From contig JACRCB010000013.1 in the NCBI GenBank assembly GCA_016219165.1, forward strand, positions 1 through 26,179: a DNA stretch of 26,179 nt, given 5' to 3'. The notes beneath the pieces are model-generated. The model was given only the letters and a program-made list of their open reading frames with translations, was not told the DNA's origin and ran no database searches. Made by a program: the position numbers and the translations under genes. This document shows, piece by piece, positions 16,695 through 25,453 of this stretch. Source of the stretch: Deltaproteobacteria bacterium. GTDB taxonomy: Bacteria; Desulfobacterota; GWC2-55-46; DRQE01. Position 1 is the stretch's first letter. Each line of letters begins with the position of its first letter.

Positions 16695-17363
16695 GTGAAA
16701 GAAGATGCAAGGCTAAAAAAACTCGGCGCCCTGATGACCGAGAACCTCCGCATAGACTTAAAGAAGAACCTCATACGCCTCAATATGGAAGGCGACTCCA
16801 TAGTCATTGAGGGGACGGTAGAGAGGGTCGCGGACAAGAAAAGGGCTCTTCTTTTAGCGATGGGGATAGAGGGGACATCAGGGGTTATTGACCGGTTGAA
16901 GGTTAAGCCGGCAAAGACCATGAGCGATAAGGAGATTTACAGCCACCTTGTAAATGCGATTTCAGAAGAACCAACCCTCGCCTCTTCGGACATAAAGATA
17001 GAGGTCAGAGACGCGGTTGTTGACATAGAAGGGGGCGTCGGGTCGCTTAGCCACAAACGCCTCATGGGTGTCTTTGCATGGTGGGTCCCGGGGAGCATGG
17101 AAGTCATAAACTCGCTTGAGGTCGAACCCCCTGAAGAGGACTCGGACGATGAAATAAGCGACGCATTACGGGTTGTGATGGAAAAGGACCTCCTCGTTGA
17201 TGAGTCTACTATCAGGGTTTCCACAAAGAACTGGGTTGTAACATTATCCGGGACTGTAAGAAAAGAAAGCGAAAAAGAAGCCGCTGAAAACGACGCCTGG
17301 TATGTATGGGGAGTGAACGGGGTGGTAAACAACATCGTGGTTGCCGGCAAAAGGGCCGGGTAG
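16695..17363 (+). CDS. Triple BON-domain protein (OsmY-like)
   Basis: Three repeats of I.V.V..G.V.L.G.V....K..A...A..V.GV..V.N.L.V. GTG start at 16695 has a strong RBS; the ORF-track start at 16599 lies inside the promoter region. Confidence 0.85.
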   Translation: MKEDARLKKLGALMTENLRIDLKKNLIRLNMEGDSIVIEGTVERVADKKRALLLAMGIEGTSGVIDRLKVKPAKTMSDKEIYSHLVNAISEEPTLASSDIKIEVRDAVVDIEGGVGSLSHKRLMGVFAWWVPGSMEVINSLEVEPPEEDSDDEISDALRVVMEKDLLVDESTIRVSTKNWVVTLSGTVRKESEKEAAENDAWYVWGVNGVVNNIVVAGKRAG

Positions 17364-17372
17364 ATATATTCC

Positions 17373-17518
17373 AAGCCCCGGGCATGCCCTTTAGAGATTT
17401 CGGTGTGTCCCCGCGTCGCCGCGAGGCGTGCTCACACCGAAATATCATAGCCTCCCTTTCGGGAGGACTCCGGGGTTGTTTCGGCGAGGGGACTCACCGA
17501 AACATCAACTCCCGGCTT
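17373..17518. repeat. Multi-hairpin mosaic element between the convergent BON and cyclophilin genes (may also act as a bidirectional terminator)
   Basis: ATTTCGGTGTG (17397-17407)/CACACCGAAAT (17433-17443); CCTCCC-TTTC-GGGAGG (17451-17466); TGTTTCGG (17477-17484)/CCGAAACA (17497-17504). Confidence 0.75.
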
Positions 17519-17544
17519 GCCCCTTTCTTTAAAGTTAACCGACC

Positions 17545-18135
17545 CTACTCTACCACCCTCACCTTTATCTCGATTCTTTCCTCCGGGACGTCCCTTGAGT
17601 CCCTGGGCTGTTCAACTATCTTATCGACGACGTCCATCCCCCTTACCACCTCGCCGAACGCGGTATACTGCCCGTTTAAGGAAGATACGTCCTTCACCAT
17701 TATGAAAAACTGGGAGCCGCCGCTATCGGGTTCGCTTTTCCTCGCCATGGACAACACCCCGCGCTTATGGGGCATCTGATTGAACTCCGCGGGTATGGTG
17801 TAGCCTGGGCCTCCCATCCCGTATGTCGCCCTGTCAGGCGTTTTTGTGTTCGGGTCCCCCCCCTGTATCACAAAGCCCGGTATCACCCTGTGGAATACCG
17901 TTCCGTCATAGAAGCCCTCTTTTGCGAGTTTTACGAAATTCCTTACATGCCCCGGAGCGGCGTCGGGATAGAACTTGAGTTCTATCTCGCCGAACTTCGT
18001 TTCTATAACGGCCCTCACCTTCTTAATATCTTTCACATCCATGGTATCCTTCTGTCCTCCTTTGGCTGAAACCGGGAGTAATGCAAGCATAAAAACCGCT
18101 GCCAAAACAGCCCCGGGTACCCTCGCAATCTTCAT
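17545..18135 (-). CDS. Cyclophilin-type peptidyl-prolyl cis-trans isomerase with signal peptide
   Basis: FYDGTVFHRVIPGFVIQGGDP, GVLSMAR, SQFFI, YTAFGEVVRGMDVVDKI; hydrophobic N-terminus. Confidence 0.95.
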   Translation of the reverse strand: MKIARVPGAVLAAVFMLALLPVSAKGGQKDTMDVKDIKKVRAVIETKFGEIELKFYPDAAPGHVRNFVKLAKEGFYDGTVFHRVIPGFVIQGGDPNTKTPDRATYGMGGPGYTIPAEFNQMPHKRGVLSMARKSEPDSGGSQFFIMVKDVSSLNGQYTAFGEVVRGMDVVDKIVEQPRDSRDVPEERIEIKVRVVE

Positions 18136-18193
18136 ATGACTCGCTCCCTCCTTTTAAATGTACCTTTAGTTTTAATACCGTTTGCATGGAAAA

Positions 18194-19684
18194 TCAAGAG
18201 GGTTTTATCCCCTTCCCTTTTAGATGCCTCCTTACGTAGGCCACGGCGTCTTTCTTGGTGCGGACGGCCCCCTCCTCGACCCCCTCTGAAATCTCTCTCA
18301 TTATCTCTCCCACGGCCGGGCCCTCGTCCACGCCGAAGACGTGTTTTATCTCATCCCCGCTTAGAAGGGGCTTCGGCTTTCTCTTCGAATACACGTCGAA
18401 ATAAAAACCGAGCATATCCAGAACCACCCTGAGGAGCCTTTCGTCCTCCCCTCCCCCCGTAGCCCTCGCATCGCTCAGGCCTATTAAAAGAAGGTCGCAC
18501 CCCAACTCTCCGCCGGCCGAATTGAAAAAATGCGACCTTGCCCTCAAGGAAGGTTTAGGGAGGCCGGCGAGGGTAAAGATGCGGTGGTGGTTCCTTACCA
18601 GTGTCGCCACGGCCTTTACGGCCTTGCGGCTCATCTTAAGCCTTTTCAATACCCTCTTTACCGCGGCCTCGCCTTCCACCTCGTGCCCTATGAATCCAAG
18701 GACACCCTCTTCGAACTTCATTGCGGCCGGTTTTCCGATGTCGTGGAGGAACGCCCCGATTTTGAATACCGCCTCCCTCCCGATACCTCCGGTCATTCCC
18801 TCAAAATGTCCTTTAAGCCCGGCGTGGAGGGGCCTGCCGGACAGAATGACCTCAGCCTCTCGGAGCGTATTCAGAGAATGGCCGAGGAGGTCGTAACCGG
18901 CAAGAGACCCCCACCCCTTCAACTCAGGAAAGATAACACCTAAAATACCCGCCTGAAATAATTTCTCTATGCTCCCCCACGACCCCGGATGCGAAAATAT
19001 CAGCGCCACCTCGTCCCTTATCCTCTCGGCCGCGCTCTCCGATAGGAGCGCCCCTTTTTCCTTAATGAGCGCTCCGGTCGATTCCTCTATCCTGAAGGCA
19101 TATTGCTGGGAGAGCCTTATGGCCCTCAAAAGCCTCAAAGGGTCTTCATCAAAGACCCTTGGGGATACCGCCCTCAATACCATCTCTTCTATATCCCTCA
19201 ACCCCCGGTGGGGGTCTATCAGTCCGGGTATTTCTTTCCCAAAAAGGTCCGGGATACTCAAGGCAATCGCATTGACGGTAAAGTCCCTTTTCCCGAGGTC
19301 TCTTAAGACATCGCCGTCCTTAAGTAAAGATATATCGATTGTGGCGATGGGCCCCTTCTTTATTACAATCCTCCATGTGGGGGACTCTTCGTCCAGAAGG
19401 AAAAAACTCCCTCCGAGGGCCTTACTGAGCCCCTGCGAAAACCCCCGTACATCCCCAAGGAGAGAAAAGTCATAATCCCGCCCCGGTTCCTTTTTAAGAA
19501 AAATATTTCTTAAAGCGCCCCCGACCATGTAGACCGGGGCCTTAAGCCCATTGCTCAGGCTGTATACTTCCCTGACAATCCGGTCTCCCCTGAGAATGGA
19601 AAAGACATTTGCCAATACGCCCGAAAAACAAAAGGCCGGCTCCGGCCGGCCTTTTACGGTATTGCCTTTCCTGCCACTCGTCAT
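18194..19684 (-). CDS. Class II tRNA nucleotidyltransferase with HD domain (probably CC-adding)
   Basis: VGGALR...DYD, KRDFTVNA, EDPLRLLRAIR, ERIRDE, GHSL...LHDIGKP. Start overlaps the TPR gene stop (ATGA); the true start could be downstream. Confidence 0.88.
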   Translation of the reverse strand: MTSGRKGNTVKGRPEPAFCFSGVLANVFSILRGDRIVREVYSLSNGLKAPVYMVGGALRNIFLKKEPGRDYDFSLLGDVRGFSQGLSKALGGSFFLLDEESPTWRIVIKKGPIATIDISLLKDGDVLRDLGKRDFTVNAIALSIPDLFGKEIPGLIDPHRGLRDIEEMVLRAVSPRVFDEDPLRLLRAIRLSQQYAFRIEESTGALIKEKGALLSESAAERIRDEVALIFSHPGSWGSIEKLFQAGILGVIFPELKGWGSLAGYDLLGHSLNTLREAEVILSGRPLHAGLKGHFEGMTGGIGREAVFKIGAFLHDIGKPAAMKFEEGVLGFIGHEVEGEAAVKRVLKRLKMSRKAVKAVATLVRNHHRIFTLAGLPKPSLRARSHFFNSAGGELGCDLLLIGLSDARATGGGEDERLLRVVLDMLGFYFDVYSKRKPKPLLSGDEIKHVFGVDEGPAVGEIMREISEGVEEGAVRTKKDAVAYVRRHLKGKGIKPS

Positions 19685-21498
19685 AAAAATTCCACTTCTA
19701 TCATGTCATCGTCTTTAGGGACATCGTCCTCTTCTTCAGAAAATTCCTTTACCTTGTCAGATACCTCTCTATATTCGGGGTCCGTTCCATAAACCGTCCT
19801 GAACATCTCCACGGCTTCCACCGAGTTGCCCGCGGCCTCATATGCAAGCCCGAGCTCATAGAGGAGCCCTTTCCTTTCCTCATCGCTCCGCCCCTGCGCC
19901 TTCAGTGCCTTTAAATAATAACTTATCGCATCGCCTGGCGCGCCCGTCGACATCGCGCAGAGCCCCAACCTTGTGTAGGCGTCGAACTCGAAGAGGGGGT
20001 TCTGAACTGAAATCTTGAATTCCCTCAAGGCGTCAGCGAAGAGTTCCATCTCCATATACGCCTTTCCCATATTATGGTGGGTTTCGGCATCCTCGTGTCC
20101 CAGCCGTTCCCCCATACCGGCCTTTATCTCCTCGACCGTCTCCCTTGCCTCCCCCTCGGGCCATGCGCTTACTATCTTATCTACGGCCTCTTCGAGGCCG
20201 AGTTCCTTGGAGAGGTCTACAAAATCTTCCTTGCCCTCTTTTTCCGCAGGTTCTCCTTCAGATGCGGCGAGGGAGGGCATTGCGGGAAGCCCTTCTTCCT
20301 CCTTTTCCTCCAATCCGGCTTCAGGCGCCTCTGCCCCTTCCTCTTCCCCCGCCCTTTCTATAATCTCCTCTATCGATGCCTCCTCCACAACCTCTTCCAC
20401 AACCTCTATCGGCTCCAATACCTCGGCCTCTTCCTCCTCTCCGATAGACACCTCGAAAAACTCCTCTTCCCCATACGTAGAGGGAACACTCTCTCCCCTC
20501 TCTCCCCCCGCCCTTTCCATGACCTCTTGTTTTTTTACTTCTTCCCCGGGAAGAACGGCGGACTTCTCCTTCCCCCCGGCGTTAGGCAAAGGCGTCTCTT
20601 TTGGAACGCTTCCTTGCGGCGAGATTACCCCTTCCCCGGCTTGGGGGGACGCCTTTTCTTTAACCGCTCCACATTGCGGCGGCGCCGCCTCTTTTGCCTC
20701 TTCCCCCGCCTCGATATTACGCAGTATCCCCCTTGCCTTCTCGTTGGCCGGGAAGACTTCGAGTACGGCTTTGGACAAGGCCTTCATCTTCTCTTTATCC
20801 AGTCTTTCCGTATATACGTCTAAAAGGGACTGTGCATAATCCGAAAACCGGGATGTCTCGCCCTTCCTTCTGTAAAGTTCACAGAGCCCCTCCATGACCA
20901 TGGGCTCTTTCCCGTGGGATTTGTAAAGTTCCAGGAGTATCTTCTCGGCCTTATCGAGTTTGGCCTGCAGAAAAAACCTGTCCACAACCCAGCAATACTC
21001 GGAGAGCGCATCCTCTTTGTAGCCGGAATTTTTGTACGTCTCGGCGAGTTTAAGTTTAAGACCCACGTTCTCAGGGTCGATAGAGACCATTTTTTTAAGG
21101 AGTTCCAGCACATCGGAGGTCTTTCCCTTCTTCTCAAATGCGCTTACAATGTGGCTGTACTCGCTTACGGCGTCGACAATGAGCCTCTGCCTGGTATAGA
21201 GGTCTGCGAGTTTATGGTGGACATCGAGGCTTGTCTCATCGAGTTTCATCACCTGCTTGTATACGGCTATCGCCTTCAGATAGAAGCCCTTATGCGCGTA
21301 TATCCTCGCAACCTCGCCGTACTCTTTTATGGCGCCTTCTTTCTGGTTTGCCTTTACCAGCAGGTCCCCCAATCTCAGGCGTATTGAGATATCGGCGGGG
21401 TCCATCTCCGATATCTCCCTGTAATCGGCAATGGCCTTGTCGAGATACCCTTTCTGGATGTATTTTTGCGCCCTGTCTATTAACTTTTCTTTATTCAT
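19681..21498 (-). CDS. Multi-TPR protein with acidic linker, SgmX-like
   Basis: N-terminal TPRs (AQKYIQKGYLDKAIADY, GFYLKAIAVYKQ), Glu-rich middle, three C-terminal TPRs (DAETHHNMGKAYMEMELFADALREF...LLYELGLAYE...DPEYREV). Confidence 0.75.
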   Translation of the reverse strand: MNKEKLIDRAQKYIQKGYLDKAIADYREISEMDPADISIRLRLGDLLVKANQKEGAIKEYGEVARIYAHKGFYLKAIAVYKQVMKLDETSLDVHHKLADLYTRQRLIVDAVSEYSHIVSAFEKKGKTSDVLELLKKMVSIDPENVGLKLKLAETYKNSGYKEDALSEYCWVVDRFFLQAKLDKAEKILLELYKSHGKEPMVMEGLCELYRRKGETSRFSDYAQSLLDVYTERLDKEKMKALSKAVLEVFPANEKARGILRNIEAGEEAKEAAPPQCGAVKEKASPQAGEGVISPQGSVPKETPLPNAGGKEKSAVLPGEEVKKQEVMERAGGERGESVPSTYGEEEFFEVSIGEEEEAEVLEPIEVVEEVVEEASIEEIIERAGEEEGAEAPEAGLEEKEEEGLPAMPSLAASEGEPAEKEGKEDFVDLSKELGLEEAVDKIVSAWPEGEARETVEEIKAGMGERLGHEDAETHHNMGKAYMEMELFADALREFKISVQNPLFEFDAYTRLGLCAMSTGAPGDAISYYLKALKAQGRSDEERKGLLYELGLAYEAAGNSVEAVEMFRTVYGTDPEYREVSDKVKEFSEEEDDVPKDDDMIEVEFL

Positions 21499-21501
21499 AA
21501 T

Positions 21502-22311
21502 TCATATGCCGAAAGAAGCGAGCCTCCTCTCTATATCCCCTGCGGCCCCGTCCATGTTCCAGCCGCTCTTTGAATATCTCTCTTCTCTAACGAGGTCTTT
21601 AAGCCGCCTCTCCTCGGAGCTCAGGGCGGATTCCTTGAACCTGACCTTAAGCCCCTCTTCGAGCCTCTCTGCAAGTATGCCTCTGAACCCTTCCTTTCCC
21701 GCGTCCGAGAAGGCCCCCACCCACGACATCTTTTCAATCGCCGCGGCGCCGAAGATACGCCGGACTAAATCTTTGTCGACGCCGAAGAGGATAGAGCCGT
21801 GCTGAAGGAACGTCTTCTTAAAGCGCCTCTGGCAGCTGCCGACTATCTTCCTGCCATCCGCGAGTATTTCATACCTCCGAGGGGCATGGAAACATGACTC
21901 TCCGGCTTCCGGACGGGTTCCCCGCTTATCTGAAATCTCCGGGTCCGGAAAAGAGGCCTCTATGCCGATTCCCCGGAGCGCATTCACGATGCAACCCGAT
22001 ATCGTCATATACGCGCCGAGTATCCCGGCTGAAAAGAGCGGATGCGTAGAGTCGCACACCAGAGAATATGTAAGTTCCGCATGATGGAGCACGGCCCTTC
22101 CTCCGGTTATCCGCCTTACAAACGGAACCCCGCACCCCGCAAGGGACATGGGATTCTGCCTGTAGCCTATGGACAGTGTTGGGGTTATCCATTCATAGAG
22201 CCTGACCGCCGGGGTAAAGCCGCCTCTCTCCCCCGCCCGGAGAATGGCCTCGTCTTTAGCCATGTTCTCGACCCCGCAATCCGGCCCGTCCAGAATAAGC
22301 CTCCATTCCAC
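21502..22311 (-). CDS. Lipoate-protein ligase A / LipM-like octanoyltransferase
   Basis: ENMAKDEAIL, RLYEW...LSIG, RRITGGRAVLH...ELTYS, KIVGSCQRR, LQHGSI. GTG 22311 has AGGAGG 9 nt upstream; the ORF-track start at 22410 lies inside a repeat. Confidence 0.88.
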   Translation of the reverse strand: MEWRLILDGPDCGVENMAKDEAILRAGERGGFTPAVRLYEWITPTLSIGYRQNPMSLAGCGVPFVRRITGGRAVLHHAELTYSLVCDSTHPLFSAGILGAYMTISGCIVNALRGIGIEASFPDPEISDKRGTRPEAGESCFHAPRRYEILADGRKIVGSCQRRFKKTFLQHGSILFGVDKDLVRRIFGAAAIEKMSWVGAFSDAGKEGFRGILAERLEEGLKVRFKESALSSEERRLKDLVREERYSKSGWNMDGAAGDIERRLASFGI

Positions 22312-22330
22312 TCTCGATAACCTCCTGTAA

Positions 22331-22446
22331 GCGCCCGGCACCACTTTTGACAGGGCTTCCTCCATAACATTCAAAGCCAACCCGCGTCGCCGCGAGGCGT
22401 GCGTGTCCAAAGTGGTGCTGGACGTGTCGAAAGTGGTGCCGGGCGC
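22331..22446. repeat. Family II palindromic element with a tandemly duplicated arm
   Basis: Left arm GCGCCCGGCACCACTTTTGACA (22331-22352); right arms GTGTCCAAAGTGGTGCTGGAC (22403-22423) and GTGTCGAAAGTGGTGCCGGGC (22424-22444). Confidence 0.88.
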
Positions 22447-22469
22447 GGAAAAAAGGGCGATTATATATT

Positions 22470-23804
22470 TTACGAAAATCTCGAGAGGAAATCTATGTCT
22501 ATGGTGCCGGCGATGAAGTCGTGGTCTTTCATTACCTCAATAAGAAGCGGTATGTTTGTCTGTATGCCCGATATCGCGAACTCCTCGAGTGCCCCGGACA
22601 TCTTCTTTATGGCCTCTCTTCGCGTGGATGCGTGGACTATGAGTTTTGCGAGCAAGGGGTCGTACTGGCTCGGCACGGTGTAGTTGCAGTAGATGGCGGT
22701 ATCCACCCTCACGCCCGGCCCTCCGGGAAGATACAGGGCTGTAATCTTTCCGGGGGATGGGACAAAGGTTTTAGGGTCTTCGGCGTTTATCCTGCATTCA
22801 ATGCTGTGCCCCTCCATCCTGATGTCTTCCTGCTTGAAGGGGAGTCTTCTGCCGGCGGAGATATTTATCTGTTCCTTGAGGATATCGATGCCTGTTGTCA
22901 TCTCCGTTGCCGGGTGTTCCACCTGGACCCTGGCGTTCATCTCCATGAAATAGAAATTTTTGTCCTTATCGACGAGGAATTCCACGGTCCCGATGTTCGT
23001 ATAGCCTATGGCCTTGCAGAGCCTGACCGCGGCCTCTCCCATCTTATCCCTCAGTTTCTCGTCAACGACCGGCGATGGTGATTCCTCGATTATCTTCTGG
23101 TGTCTTCTCTGGATAGAGCATTCCCTCTCGCCGAGGTGCACGATATTACCGTGCTCGTCCGCCATAATCTGGATTTCTATGTGCCTCGGCCTTTCGCAGT
23201 ATCTCTCTATAAAAACCTCTCCATCGCCGAATGCGCTCCTGGCCTCTCTGCCCGCCATGTGGAATGCGCTCCCGAGGGACGCCTGTGTGTGCACGAGCCT
23301 CATCCCCCTCCCCCCCCCGCCGCAAGAGGCCTTTATTATCAGGGGGAACCCCACCTTCTTTGAGACCTCGAGCGCTTCCTTCTCATCCGTCAGCCCGCAC
23401 CCGCTCCACGGCAAGACCGGCACATTTGCCTTCTCGGCCTCTTTCTTCGCCTGAATTTTATTTCCCATGAGCCTGATAATCTGGGAGGAGGGGCCTATGA
23501 ACTTCAGCCCGCATTTCTCGCACACCTCGGCAAAAGCCGCGCTCTCGGCGAGGAATCCGTATCCCGGGTGCACGGCCTCGGCATCCACAACCTCAACGGC
23601 GCTGATTATCGATGATATATTGAGATAACTCTCGGAACTCTTCGCCGGGCCTATGCATATGGCGCCGTCGGCAGACTTTGCATGGAGGGATTCCCTGTCG
23701 GCCTCCGAATAGACCGCAACGGTTTTGATGTCGAGTTCCTTGCAAGCCCTCATAATCCTCAGGGCTATCTCGCCGCGGTTGGCAATAAGTACCTTGCTGA
23801 ACAT
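22470..23804 (-). CDS. accC: Acetyl-CoA carboxylase, biotin carboxylase subunit
   Basis: KVLIANRGEIALR, HPGYGFLAE, GGGGRGM, ERECSIQRRHQK, EMNARVQVEHP, RINAEDP, YDPLLAKLI. Confidence 0.96.
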   Translation of the reverse strand: MFSKVLIANRGEIALRIMRACKELDIKTVAVYSEADRESLHAKSADGAICIGPAKSSESYLNISSIISAVEVVDAEAVHPGYGFLAESAAFAEVCEKCGLKFIGPSSQIIRLMGNKIQAKKEAEKANVPVLPWSGCGLTDEKEALEVSKKVGFPLIIKASCGGGGRGMRLVHTQASLGSAFHMAGREARSAFGDGEVFIERYCERPRHIEIQIMADEHGNIVHLGERECSIQRRHQKIIEESPSPVVDEKLRDKMGEAAVRLCKAIGYTNIGTVEFLVDKDKNFYFMEMNARVQVEHPATEMTTGIDILKEQINISAGRRLPFKQEDIRMEGHSIECRINAEDPKTFVPSPGKITALYLPGGPGVRVDTAIYCNYTVPSQYDPLLAKLIVHASTRREAIKKMSGALEEFAISGIQTNIPLLIEVMKDHDFIAGTIDIDFLSRFS

Positions 23805-23822
23805 AGGAACCTTTAATGTCCG

Positions 23823-23917
23823 GGGAGAACCTTTTGTTAAAGGTTTCCCATGGGAACGGATATGTTTTGAAAATCTTTGAAGGGCGGACGATGGAAACCT
23901 TCCACAAAAAATTCCCC
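23823..23917. repeat. Degenerate family I units between accB and accC
   Basis: GGGAGAACCTTT/AAAGGTTTCCC hairpin (23823-23849). The reverse complement of 23869-23917 gives GGGGAATTTTTTGTGGAAGGTTTCC...CCCTTCAAAGATTTTCA, matching the family I unit. Confidence 0.65.
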
Positions 23918-23922
23918 TCGGT

Positions 23923-24360
23923 TCAGACCTCTATCTGAAAAAGCGGCTCTCCGTACTCAATGGGGTGGCCGTTCTCAACGAGGATAGCGATGACCCTGCC
24001 CGCATACTCGCTTTCCACCTCGTTCATGATTTTCATCGCCTCTATTATGCAGACGACCTGCCCATGTTTCACCTCGCTCTCCACATCCACAAAGGGAGGG
24101 GAATCAGGCGAAGCCGCCCTGTAAAACGTGCCCACCATGGGGGAGGTTATGGTCTTTATCCTCGACTCTTTCTCCTCTTTAGCCTCTTCTTTCCCCTCTG
24201 GCCTCGCGGGTTTTGGAATGGCGGCATCGGGAAGAGGCTTCTCCTTTACGGCCTCCCCCCTTCTGATTCGTATCTTCCCATGAGGGTCTTCGAGCTCAAA
24301 CTCGATAATATCGGTTGAACTAAGGAACCGGTAGAGCGCCCTTATCTCTTTAAGGTCCAT
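23923..24360 (-). CDS. accB: Biotin carboxyl carrier protein
   Basis: MDLKEIR start, ITSPMVGTFYRA, IIEAMKIMNEV biotinylation motif, EYGEPLF. Confidence 0.97.
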   Translation of the reverse strand: MDLKEIRALYRFLSSTDIIEFELEDPHGKIRIRRGEAVKEKPLPDAAIPKPARPEGKEEAKEEKESRIKTITSPMVGTFYRAASPDSPPFVDVESEVKHGQVVCIIEAMKIMNEVESEYAGRVIAILVENGHPIEYGEPLFQIEV

Positions 24361-24371
24361 CTAACTGCCTC

Positions 24372-25439
24372 CTATTCAAGAATGCGTAGTTCCCTCGACC
24401 CCCCGGTCAATATCTCGCAGCCGCCGCTTCTTACGACGACCATATCCTCGATGCGTACCCCCCCGAAATCCTCGATATATATGCCTGGCTCCACAGTAAC
24501 GACCATCCCCTCTTCGAGCACATCCCGGCTAATGGGGTTTATGGCGGGCCTTTCATGCACCTCAAGTCCCACACCGTGGCCTGTGCCGTGGGTAAAGAAC
24601 CTGCCGTAGCCGGCCCGTCTTATATAATCCCGCGCCGCCACGTCCACCTTCTTTGCGGCTACCCCGGCCTTGATATTCTCTATCGCCTTCTCCTGTGCGT
24701 TCTTTACGATATTATATATCTTTTTATGCAGCGCCGACACCCTGCCCACCGCGTATGTGCGGGTTTTATCGGATTTGTAGCCCTCGAATGAAACCCCCAT
24801 ATCAACAATCACGAATTCACCCTTTTTAATCCTCTTTGCCGAGGCTACCCCGTGCGGCAGCGCGCTCCTTTTGCCCGATGCAACGATGACATCGAAGGCC
24901 ATGGCCTCCGCCCCCTTTTTCTTGACCCCCTCTTCTATTGACAGGGCCACCCCTTTCTCGGTCTGCCCCAAAGTAATCTTTGCCTCTGCCTTTCTAAATC
25001 CGATATCCCCTATCTCTACGGCCTTGCGGATATGCCCGAGCTCGGACGAGTCCTTGACCATTCTTTTCTTTTCCACTACATCCGTTGTCGGCTTAAGCCG
25101 GACTCCGGGCAATGCCCTCTTTAATTTCCTGTAGGTATCATAAGTTAACACCCTGGACTCAAAACCAACATCTTTAAGTCCCAGACCCTTGATGACGCCT
25201 GCAATCCCCTCGGCAGGCCTTCTGTATACCCTTATCCCGAACCCCTTCACCTCGGACCGGGCCTGAAGGGTGTATCTCGGGTCAGTAATAAAAAAGTTTC
25301 TGCCGGACGACAAAACGATACTGCCGCTCGTTCCGGTAAAACCGCACAGGTACCTTACGTTATGTAAAGATTGGACGAGGAACCCGTCAACGCCGGTCAG
25401 AGACAGTTCGTCCCGTAAATTTTCCGCCCTCTCCTCCAT
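24372..25439 (-). CDS. Xaa-Pro aminopeptidase (M24B)
   Basis: YLCGFTGTSG, ITDPRY, SALPHG, DMGV...YKSDKTRT, HGTGHGVGLEVHERP, TVEPGIY, GVRIED. Confidence 0.94.
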   Translation of the reverse strand: MEERAENLRDELSLTGVDGFLVQSLHNVRYLCGFTGTSGSIVLSSGRNFFITDPRYTLQARSEVKGFGIRVYRRPAEGIAGVIKGLGLKDVGFESRVLTYDTYRKLKRALPGVRLKPTTDVVEKKRMVKDSSELGHIRKAVEIGDIGFRKAEAKITLGQTEKGVALSIEEGVKKKGAEAMAFDVIVASGKRSALPHGVASAKRIKKGEFVIVDMGVSFEGYKSDKTRTYAVGRVSALHKKIYNIVKNAQEKAIENIKAGVAAKKVDVAARDYIRRAGYGRFFTHGTGHGVGLEVHERPAINPISRDVLEEGMVVTVEPGIYIEDFGGVRIEDMVVVRSGGCEILTGGSRELRILE

Positions 25440-25453
25440 AAAAGCCGGCCGTA

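Noticed and set aside
22312-22410. Repeat-derived N-terminal extension of the lipoate ligase (same peptide as ORF 9908-10126, LNV.E..LSKVV.GA)
   Set aside because: A strong AGGAGG RBS precedes GTG 22311, so the extension is most likely an ORF-calling artefact rather than exonised repeat.
9814-22446. CRISPR array or autonomous IS/MITE interpretation of the repeats
   Set aside because: No regularly spaced direct repeats with unique spacers, no cas or transposase ORF, and no convincing target-site duplications.
23310-23318. Poly-C run as a phase-variation tract
   Set aside because: It encodes the conserved GGGGRG ATP-grasp loop of an essential gene (accC), and the frame is intact.
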